A stretch of DNA of 64,000 nucleotides from the human T2T-CHM13v2.0 reference genome, Homo sapiens. A program made the translations under genes and the position numbers. This document shows positions 54,456 to 64,000 of this stretch, piece after piece. Position 1 is the first letter of the stretch. Each line of letters begins with the position of its first letter. Location: assembly GCF_009914755.1 (NCBI RefSeq), contig NC_060925.1. One strand, 5' to 3'. A model generated the notes under the pieces. It had not been told where the DNA came from. It saw only the letters and a program-made list of their open reading frames with translations, and did not search any database.

Positions 54456-55171
54456 AGAAAAAGCTGGAAGGAATAAAACAAGAATTAATTTAGCAAATAA
54501 ATAGAAAAGAAAGATAACATATTGATCATACTCTCAGTATGAGATATATTAAGTAAATAACTAGAAACACAAACTAAATTATAAGCCACCATAGGGAGAA
54601 AAGATTAAACAAAAATTTAATTAAGGCCAAAATAGAAAAGAACAAAAACCAAAAGGATTATAATGAGGAAATAAAAAGCATTAGAAAGAAAATAGCTGAA
54701 ATGGAAGGCCAGCAAAGAAGGTAAATCATATGTATAATTGATATCCCTAAAGAACAAAATCAAAACAACATAACAGAGGTAATAATTAAAACTTTTAAAG
54801 AAAACTTCCAAGAATAAGATCTGAATTTATACATTGAAAGATCCCACTAGTTCAACTGGGTATTGACAAATGTTGACCCAGAATAATAATCTCTAATATA
54901 TATTGCAGTAAAATGACTAGAATTTAAAGATTTAAAAAAATTCAACAAGCAAGAGATGAAACTTTCAAAGCAACATAATTATACTGGCATTAGATTTCTC
55001 ACAAGCAATGTACAAGGCAACAATGGAAATGTAATTTCAAGAACCTTAAGCAAATCAGTACAAACCACCTAGGCTGTTAGCAAGTGCAAAGGCAATAGGA
55101 AAAACAGTGTTAAGAGGAGCCAGAACTCAGTGAATACTGTAGACATGTGTCCTTCCTGAAGAATATTAAAG

Positions 55172-55402
55172 CAGAGATTAGCACACTATTCTATGACACG
55201 TTTGATAGTAAATATTTAAGGCTTTGGGGATCATTTGGTCTCTATCAAAACCACTCAACTATGGTATTGCAGTACAAAAGCAGACACAGATAGTACATAC
55301 ATATTACATAATGAAATCATTAATGCATTACAATAAAACTTTTTAATTATAAAAACAAGAAGCAAGCTTAATTTGACCTGTTAGCCTTAGTTTGTCAACC
55401 TA
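55172..55402 (+). mobile_element. MER58A hAT MITE
   Basis: GATAGTAAATATTTAAGGCTTTG..CACTCAACT..CAATAAAACTTT..TAGTTTGTCAACC; TSD TATTAAAG/TACTAAAG. Confidence 0.75.
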
Positions 55403-56105
55403 TACTAAAGGATAAGCTTTATCCAACAAAACAGTGACTGGAAAAGCTTTCTTAAAGTTACTAATAATGAATACTTTTCTTATTTAAAACATTTATTTAG
55501 ACGGTTAAGACTAAAACAATGTTAGTGTCATTAATAAATACATATGTAAACACAACATGTTTTGAAAAAGGTAGAAATGATTCAGAATTATTTAAAAAGA
55601 GAAGAAAAAGGGAGAAGTAGGATAAGATCATAGTTTTTTAATAGGAACTAGGTTGGAGTCAAAAGAATGCCATTTATAACTGGCATATCAAATGGTTAAG
55701 GTTACAGTTAGGTTAGATAGAGGGAATTAAGGGTACTAAAGGTAGTATTCACACAAAAGTAACTACTAGCATATTTTTAAAAACCTTCCTAAATAGTAGA
55801 AATACATTTAAAAACAAAATAGGCATATAAAATACAGAAATAAACTCAAATATAAATCACACAGAATATATACAAATAAGATAATATGATAGAATTGAGA
55901 CCAAATATAATTGCAATTTGCTGAGTAAAGCAAAACCTATTTTATAATCTATACAAATGACCTAATAGTGAGGGACAAAGATTTGCCAGGTGAATGGGAA
56001 GAACAAAAAAGTAAGGGCTGAAATCCTGACACATAACAAAGCAAAATCTAATCAAAAGCATTAAATGAACCAAAGAACACTCTGAAGTTAAAAGCCATGT
56101 CCCAC

Positions 56106-56541
56106 TGTATTAGCTTGTTTTTTCATGGCTACAAAGAAGTACCAGAGACTGGGTAATTTACAAAGAAAATAAGTTTAATAGGTTCATGGTTCTGCAGGCT
56201 TTAAGGGAAACATGGCACCTTCATCTGCTCAGCTTCTGGGGAGGTCTCAGGGAGCTTTTACTCATGGCGAAAGGTTAAGAGAGACCAGACATCCCACATG
56301 GTAGAGGAAGAGAAAGAGAGAGAGAGTGGGTGGGGCGGGGTAAGGTGCCACACACTTTTAAATGACCAGATCTCCTGGAAGCTCAGAAAGAGAGCTCACT
56401 TATCATCAAGGGGATGGCCTAAGTCATTCATGAGGAATCCATCCCCATGATTCAAACACCTCCCACTGGGCCTCAGCTCCAACATTGGGAATTACATTTC
56501 AACGTGATATTTGAATGGGGACGAATGTCTAAACTATATCA
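56106..56541 (-). mobile_element. MSTA/MSTB MaLR solo LTR with perfect TSD
   Basis: TGTATTAG..CAGCTTCTGGGGAGGTCTCAGGGAGCTTTTACTCATGGCG..AAACTATATCA; TSD CCCAC at 56101-05 and 56542-46. Confidence 0.9.
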
Positions 56542-57484
56542 CCCACAGTAAAAATATGAATATATATGCACCAAATGACACAATAATGATTTACATAAAA
56601 CAAAAGTTTAAAAATGGTAAAGAGAAATAGAAAGAAACAGAATAACAATAGTAGCCTTTAATACACCACACTCAATATGTGATATATCAAGTGGACAAAA
56701 AATAAGTAGGTAGATCCAAACATATATTACATTCAGATAGTAAAGAATACATCTCCTCAAGTTTATATGGAGCATCCACAAAAAATGACCATCTATAAAA
56801 TAAAAATATTATAACCATTCTGTGTGACTGCCATTCATAAAACTGAAAATTAAGAATTCCTATTCCTATTCTTTGTCCCCACACAAAAAAATCCCTTCCA
56901 ACTGGAAACTTAGAATATATTCTATTAAACAACTCTGGTGAAAGGAGAAATGCAGACAGAAATTATAGAGTATCTGAAAATAATAACAAATAAAATACTA
57001 CATGTTAGAATTTAACAAGTGCATTCAACAATAATTGGACATTTTCTAGCTCTAAACATCTATATCAATATAAAGTAAATAATTATACATAAATGCTTAT
57101 ATTTCTAAGTCAAAGTGCTTGACAATAAAGACTACTGTAAACCCAAAGTAAGTACATGGAATAATATAATAAAGATAAAAATATAAAATAAGATAAAGTA
57201 AAAATAATAGATTAAATTAATAAATCAAAATCCTGTACCTTAACAATTTCAACAAAATAGACAAACAGTTGTTTTAAAAGAAAAACTGAGATAAAAGCAT
57301 ACAAAATAAGAAATTACTTTGGTTATTATAAAGATATTGTAAAAAATTTTTTTTAATTACACAGGGAAATAACCAGTGATATAAAACAATTTAAGAATGA
57401 AGGTTAATTTGCCTATCTCAATGCAAACAATCATTGTTATACTATTACTTAGATTGTAAAGGTATGTTTACATACTTTGTACAC

Positions 57485-57819
57485 TTTTATTTTATTTTAT
57501 TTCATTTTATTTTATTTTATTTTATTTTATTTATTTTGTTTTAAAGACAGAGTCTTGCTCCCAGGCTGGAGTGCAGTGGCACGATCTTGGCTCACAAAAA
57601 CCTCTGCCTCCCAGGTTAAGGTGATTCTCCCGCCTCAGCCTCCCAAGTAGCTGGCATTACAGGTGCTTGCCACCACGTCCGGCTAATTTTTGTATTTTTA
57701 GTAAAGACGAGGTTTCACCGTGTTGGCCGGGCTTGTCTCAAACTCCTGACCTCAAATGATCCACCCACCTTTGCCTCCCAAAGTGCTTGGATTACAGGCA
57801 TGAGCCACCACAACTGACC
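57485..57819 (-). mobile_element. AluS with (TTTTA)n tail
   Basis: Antisense dimer. Confidence 0.95.
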
Positions 57820-59053
57820 TATTTATACATTTAATATAATTCACAATAAACAAGAAAATACAATATTAAGTATGAGCATTATTTAAGACAAAAAGTGATA
57901 CAGCAATAATGTGACATCTTAGGAGAGAGTAGCCTAACTTAGTTGACATGTTTTTGTTACTGAGATTTGAAATGTACCAAGAAAAGTGGCTCCATTTTTT
58001 CTACAAGAAACCCATTTGACAGGAAGTATGGCTCTCACCTATAAAGGTGAGATAAAAGAAGTTGAACTGTCTAAGCTTCCCTCGGGGTCAGCATTTCTCA
58101 AGATTATTATATTTTCAGATCCATTAGAAACAACATAAGCCTTCTTTATCGCTTTGAAAATAAAATTTTTTAACAAGTTCTCTAGCTCTCTCAGAACTTC
58201 TGGTTACCTTTGGCATGTGTTTTTCTACTTTGTGCCCATCATTCTGCATTTTTATCCATAGTCCGTTACTGATGGTTACTTAAACAAATTATTTAATTAC
58301 CATAAATTGGTAGTACTTCCTAATAATTTCTCCAAGATTCAAAATTATTTCTGTGAATTCTGTATTTTAAATCTGTAAAATATTTATAGCAATCAGCTCT
58401 AGTGAATACACTAAATGTTTGAGTATATATTTTAAAATACCTTTCTAGTACTATGAAGACTAAATTTTTTTTTTCAGGCAGGCTCTGTCTTTATAAATGT
58501 TAGATGATGAAAAAGGACATAAGTCCAAGTTAAATAGTCATTGAACAAGTCTGCACTGTAAAACTTCATTAGATTGAAACAAATTCAGAATGTGTTTAAA
58601 AAAATCACTTACTATGTAGGAATTATGCATGCCATATTTTAAATTTTGCTTTATAAAGTCATTTCTAAATTTAAAAATAAATCTATGTAAGAAAACTATA
58701 AATCTTCAAAGGAAAAAAATGTAGTATGTTTTCAACTTATTAAAAAAGTTGTAGCTGAATTTTTCTTTTCCTTTATCTGTATAATCATGACTTTCAAATG
58801 TAGAACTATTTTAGTTGTTATTTATTATAAGCATCTGTTTTATTAGTAACAGTTAAACATTTTGACTAATACATGTTCTGCAATGAAAGTTTATAGCTGT
58901 AAAAATGTTTCACAATTTTCAATTGGTCAAAATATTTTCATGCACCCACTGAAATTGATCAAATTTGAAATAGTATTATCTGGATTATTATTAAAATCAC
59001 AGATAACAATAATATATTAAATTTATATTAATAGTTTTAGTTTGAACATATTT

Positions 59054-59144
59054 TCTCCCATCCAAGTATTAACTAGGCCCGACCCTGCTTAGCTTCCGAG
59101 ATCAGATGACATCTAGTGCATTTCAGGGTGGTATGGCCATAGAC
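59054..59144 (-). pseudogene. 5S rRNA retropseudogene, 3'-truncated (nt ~1-90), tailless
   Basis: Reverse complement GTCTATGGCCATACCACCCTGAA..TGATCTCGGAAGCTAAGCAGGGTCGGGCCTAGTTAATACTTGGATGGGAGA; TSD TGAACA(T/G)ATTTTCTC at 59043-57 and 59145-59. Confidence 0.95.
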
Positions 59145-59299
59145 TGAACAGATTTTCTCACACAATTCTCAAACTTTCCTTTCCATAGTCCTTTTGATCC
59201 CATTACGGTGAACAGCTCTCTATTAGTTCCGCAATATAATAGGCTAAGCAAGACCAAAAGAAAAATTTTCTCTTGAAGTTTGTATTTTATTTAAAAATT

Positions 59300-59700
59300 T
59301 ATGCAACATTTGGCTTCTACTATCAATTATGCCCATATCCGCTTTAATATAAATTTAGCATGGGACTTCATTACAATCATTCATTTGCATATATCTTCAG
59401 CTCCCTTGCCTCTCTTTAATTCTTTGTCCTCCCCTGGAAAATTCCAACCCTGATTAAATCTAATTCTCTTCTCACTTCTGGCGTGCTCTTCTGCAGCTAA
59501 AAATAGCTGGAGGATTAAAAAAAAAGAAGAAGAAAAACTCATACCCATGCTGACTGATTAAATTTTAAATTTACAACTCCTAATCTCAGTTGGGTTATCT
59601 CTTCTACATAGCTATCCATTCAGTCTTCCACTATCCTAAAGAATGATTTTACACATTCTTCTCTTTCATTATACTTCCAACTCATCTCAGTAGTTGCAGT
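59300..59700 (+). mobile_element. L2 fragment
   Basis: CTCCCTTGCCTCTCT..AAATTCCAACCCTGATTAAATC..CCATGCTGACTG. Confidence 0.55.
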
Positions 59701-59879
59701 GCCAAAAGTCCTGTGGTAATCAGACCACCTAAGGCTGGTTGTACTGATTGCCTTATCCTATTGTGCCAGCACAACCCTAGTCCATATGGTAATGTAGAAT
59801 AAAATTTTAAAAAAGATGCCACTGTCTCAAGACACTTTAATAATATCTGCCCAAATTTTACTGTTATAACTGTACAAAT

Positions 59880-59955
59880 CTAGGATGAATGTGAGGTGAA
59901 TGTGTTCTCTAGAGTTGTGCAAAACATAAGTTGCACAATCACAAGTAGCATCTTG
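59880..59955 (-). mobile_element. MER91-like hAT MITE fragment
   Basis: GTGAATGTGTTCTCTAGAGTTGTGCAAAACATAAGTTGCACAATC. Confidence 0.5.
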
Positions 59956-60500
59956 AACCTAGCCAATCTGATGTGATGATTTTTTCATGCGAACCAAAAT
60001 ATGAAAAGAAAATGGAAATATTACTACCAGAAAAATCTTAACCATTTCTAAATAATGGAAAGAAGGAAAGCAAGCCAATCAGCTCACTGGACATAAAAGG
60101 GAAGAAGGGAAGGAGTAAAATTATTCTAATTATCTTCTCTTAATTGAGAGTGGTGTTTAGGACTATAACATTGTAGTAGGAAAAACAATGCATCTCGAAG
60201 ATGAAACGACTGATACTATCTTTAAAAATATAGTAGAATGCTATGTGTTCCATTAAAATAAAGAAAGCAAAAGCAGTCATTAGCAAGAAAAAGTGTCAGA
60301 GAACTTCAAAAAAGCAAATGAAAGAAAGAACAAACCAATTAGATCCAGCCATCAAAAATGGGGAATTGAAAAAAACGAATCGATAATCTAAATTTGTTTA
60401 CAAATACAGAGGCTATCAAATTGAATTAAAAACTAAAACCTATACAAATGCTGTTTATCATAAGGACACTTAGAAAACAAATCAGTAAAGTGAGATCTAT

Positions 60501-61032
60501 TGAGAGATAACTGCAAAAATAACTCCAGTTTTCCAACCATGTTATTTCTATACCCTTTTCCTATGTAACTCCTCTGAACTAGATGTGGAGTCTATCACCT
60601 CACTCCTTCATTCTGAGCTGTTTCTGGGACTCAGAATCAAGGGGAGAGCTGTTCCTGGGACTTGCTCTGGCCAAATGAATTTGATAAAATCGACAATCTT
60701 GCATGTTTCTGACCTATATTGAAACCTTACCACCATCATGGAAAAGCCTATGCTAGCTTGCTGGAGGGTAAAAATCCACACGGAATGAAAGTCCAGTTTT
60801 CCCATCTGAGACCATCCTAGATAAGCCTATAGCCAATTCCCAAATATTTCAGAAAACTGGTCATAGATCAGCAGAACCACCTACTGAGACTGCAGTTTAC
60901 AACAGATCCATGAGTAGAACAGCCAAAGTAAGACAACAACCAGCTGCCTCTTTAAGAATATACAGTCGTTATTTTAAGCCACTAATTTTGGGGATAGATT
61001 GGATTATTTTGTATCAATGGCTAATTGGTACA
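60501..61032 (+). mobile_element. MLT1H-like MaLR LTR
   Basis: GATGTGGAGTCTATC..GACTTGCTCTGGCCAA..TTATTTTAAGCCACTAATTTTGGGG..CTAATTGGTACA. Confidence 0.7.
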
Positions 61033-62660
61033 TATTGAAAATAAAGAAAAGCAAAAAGATAAAACACAGGTACTATCTAAAAATAACAGAATGGCAATAT
61101 TAATATCAGACATGGTGATATTTAAGTTTGAAAATAATAAATAGGAGATAGTGAACTAATGATGAAGACACAATTTAAGAAGCTCTAGTGTTAGTGAAAA
61201 ATATAGAGATTTGAAAGGCCACTTTCTCTAATGTTGTCAATAAAATTGGAATTATTTTTTAATTACCAAAATATTCCGTAAAATTAATGAACAGCTCCCG
61301 GATAATACTTAGGTAAAAGATACACACAAAAAATAAAAATTCTAAACTATCTAGTAAGAAATGAAAGGAGAATTATTTGCAAGAAATCTAAAGAATAAGC
61401 AAGACCTGTATTTAGAGGATAAAAGTATAATTTTAATTGTCATGCTTATCAAAAAAGAACAAAATAATAAATTCAGTGTCCTTCTCAGGGAATGAAGTTT
61501 TTCTTTTCACTAAATAAACCAAAGAAAATCATAAAAATGAATTAATAAAATACAAAAGCTAATTAAATATAAAAAAGATTAAGACATGTATGAGAATATA
61601 ATATTGACAGAGCTAATTCAATACATTAGGAAAAACATGAAAGAATTTGAACAGTACTGTGACAATAGACTTCCATCTGGAAGAAAAAATAAAATAATTC
61701 AATAAAGAAATAATTTCAATTGAATTAATGAAAAGTAGAGAAGAAATGAAAATCTTGCAAATAAAATAGAAAAGTTGCATGTATAAACAATATGATATTT
61801 TGCTCAGTCAAGACTGAAAACAAAGAAGCCACAAATAATAGACACTATGACATAACAATTTTAAAACTTTACAACATTAAAGATACCAAAACTTCAGTGA
61901 AAATAAAATGAGTCTAAAAAATTTGCAATTCAGATGATAAATGAAGGAGTTAATATCTATTTGGAACTAAGTGATCTGAAATAAAATCATCTAGGAAAAA
62001 ACAATGAACAAAAGATATTAACAGAAGTTTTTTAGCAGAGTAAATTTAAATGGCCAAGAGAAATATGAAGAAATACTAAAATTCAGTAGCAGGCATGCAA
62101 AAGAAAATTAACAATGAGAAATTATTTTACTCCCATTAGACTGGCAAAATATTTGAAAATTGTTTTAAAATGTATTGTTGACAGGTATGTGGTGAAAGGG
62201 ATTCCCTCATACATTGATGGTAGAAAAGTGAATTGTTTACCACTTGGGGGAAGCAGACTTTTAGCCCCTTGAGTTAAAACCTGATACATTAGTCAATCTA
62301 GCAATTCTATTTCAGGAAATATACCCCATACAAATAAAAATACATATAAAGATATAGGTAGAAATAGATCTATTGTTTGTGGGGGAAGAAACCTTGTGGG
62401 GGCAAATGTTTGTGGAGGCAAAACCCAGGAAGCAAATAAATGGCCATTACTTTCTGAATAAAATATGGCACAGACACCTATGAACTATTATGGAGCTATT
62501 AAGCATGATTAGAGCTACAGAAGAATATTAGTTCTTATTTCCGTTACGTAGTTTTGAAGAAGAAAAAACAAAATTCAGAAAGGATAAATTATATGATTAA
62601 AATTGGGTAAATGAAACCTAATTTTAAAAACCATATTTATATGTTTGAAAATACAGGCTC
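61033..62660 (+). mobile_element. Old L1ME-type fragments
   Basis: GGCAATATTAATATCAGACA; CCCATTAGACTGGCAAAAT; CTCATACATTGATGG. Confidence 0.6.
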
Positions 62661-62802
62661 ATATACTATTATGAGTTCTAAGGAGTGTGCATAAGGAGAA
62701 TACAGACTGTTTGTAAGGACAGAGAAAAGAGAAATACATGGAGAGATGGAAAAGCTCAAGGCTCCTCCAACTCCAGAAGCCTTCTTCATATCCTAACTTA
62801 AT

Positions 62803-62863
62803 ATAAATAGCACCCTTGGGTTTATAAATAGCACAGTTTGCACAGTTGTACATGGCAGCTATG
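62803..62863 (-). mobile_element. MER91A-like fragment
   Basis: GCACAGTTTGCACAGTTGTACATGGCAGCT. Confidence 0.55.
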
Positions 62864-62954
62864 CATTGATCGAAGTTCTGTTTAGAGTAAAACTAGGAAC
62901 CTGATCTGAGTTTAACAATAACAGATGCTGAGGTCATCCAGTTGTCTGCCATGT

Positions 62955-63305
62955 TCTTATGGACCTAATGTTTGTGTTCCCCTAAGATGCCCTAACCTCA
63001 GAACTGATGGTATTTGAAGATGGGGCCCTTGGGAGGTAATTAGGTCAAGAGAGTGGAGCCCTCCCGATGGGATCATTGCACTTATAAGAAGAAACTCTGG
63101 AGACCTAGCTTATTTTCTCTGCCATGTGAGGACAGACCAAGAAAGTGGCTGTCTGCTAGCCAGGAAGAGAGATGTTGTTACCAGAACATAACCATTCTGG
63201 CACCCTGATCTCAGACTTACAACCTCCAGAAATGTGAATAAAATTCTACTGTTACATCACCTAGTCAATGGTGTTTTGTTGTGGCAGCCTGGGCAGACTA
63301 ATACA
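62955..63305 (+). mobile_element. MLT1A/A0 MaLR solo LTR
   Basis: ATGGTATTTGAAGATGGGGCCCTTGGGAGGTAATTAGG..GGCACCCTGATCTCAGACTT..GCAGACTAATACA. Confidence 0.85.
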
Positions 63306-63809
63306 TACGAGCTAAAAGTAGAAGGTGGTAAAAAGCATATCATATTTTCTTGTAAATTTCTGCTTTAGAATATAACCATCATTTCTTGTAATGCTTTGTG
63401 GGAAAATCAGCTCATAATTTTAATTTGACACCTCCATCAAGGAGCTCATAAAGAGTTCAGGAGGAGCAACATGCAGACACCAATTAACTGTGACATAATA
63501 TGATGAATAATGAAGTTCTAATACTCTACTATGGAAGGAGGGAAGAAACAATAGTTTTGAGTTGGGATTTAGAAAATATTTCAAAGAAGAGACACATTAT
63601 TAATAGATCTTGAAATATGAATTTTTCCCCCAAAAGGAGAGAAGTAAGACATTAGAGATAAAGAGGAATGTATAAATAAATGTACACAGATTGGGAATTT
63701 GTTTACTTTAAGAAAGATAGATAGCTTTGATTGAACTAGATTATAGGTATATGGCTTAAAGTGGCCTAGATGAAGTTGGAATGCTCACTGGGAAAGATAT
63801 TTTTCTTAA

Positions 63810-64000
63810 TTTGTGCTCCCAGAATCAGACGATGAGACAATAATTTGAATACAAGTAGTTACTTGGAAGGGGTGGGCACCAGTAGAGGAGTGGAGAAGTG
63901 ATCAAATAAGAGAATGCAGCCAATGGGTTTGCATTATCAAGCTAATTACCACGGCAAGAGTGACTGGGTGTCTGGAGCTTAATCTCATGAGAAACATAAG
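63810..64000 (-). mobile_element. ERVL-class LTR fragment (LTR16/33/67-like), runs off window
   Basis: CCCAGAATCAGACGATGAGACAATAATTTGAATACAAGTAGTT..CACCAGTAGAGGAGTGGAGAAGTGA. Confidence 0.5.

Larger units (their letters stand above)
54170..57440 (+). mobile_element. Old L1M (ORF1 and ORF2 EN region), interrupted by MER58A and MST
   Basis: CTGAATTTATACATTGAAAGATCCCAC (ORF1); ATATATGCACCAAATGAC, ACAATAGTAGCCTTTAATACACCACTC (EN). Confidence 0.65.

Noticed and set aside
58033-58052. Perfect hairpin TCTCACCT-ATAA-AGGTGAGA with a donor-like site on both strands
   Set aside because: An 8-bp stem is expected by chance in 64 kb.

Overview
Primate (most likely human) genomic DNA: AT-rich, CpG-depleted, no CpG island, and dominated by transposable-element remnants (Alu, L1, L2, MIR, HAL1, MaLR/ERVL/ERV1 LTRs, hAT and Tigger DNA transposons). 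I find no intact protein-coding gene. The ORF track consists of Alu/L1/ERV-derived or low-complexity frames. Main items: (1) a degraded, near full-length class I (gamma-type) retroviral env on the minus strand (~8.3-9.6 kb); (2) a 5'-truncated ERV-L provirus with gag-pro-pol-dUTPase and an MLT2B 3' LTR (~28.7-34.5 kb); (3) a tailless 5S rRNA retropseudogene with a TSD (59.1 kb); (4) an internal, tail-less L1 ORF2 fragment inside Tigger3b; (5) two strong and one weaker minus-strand candidate exons in unique sequence. These lie downstream of a minus-oriented THE1 LTR that carries a DUX4-type motif and a splice donor, so a MaLR-promoted spliced lncRNA is possible. That model is inference only. 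I do not see a demonstrably new biological system. Repeat subfamily names come from recalled consensus sequences, and boundaries of old repeats are approximate.
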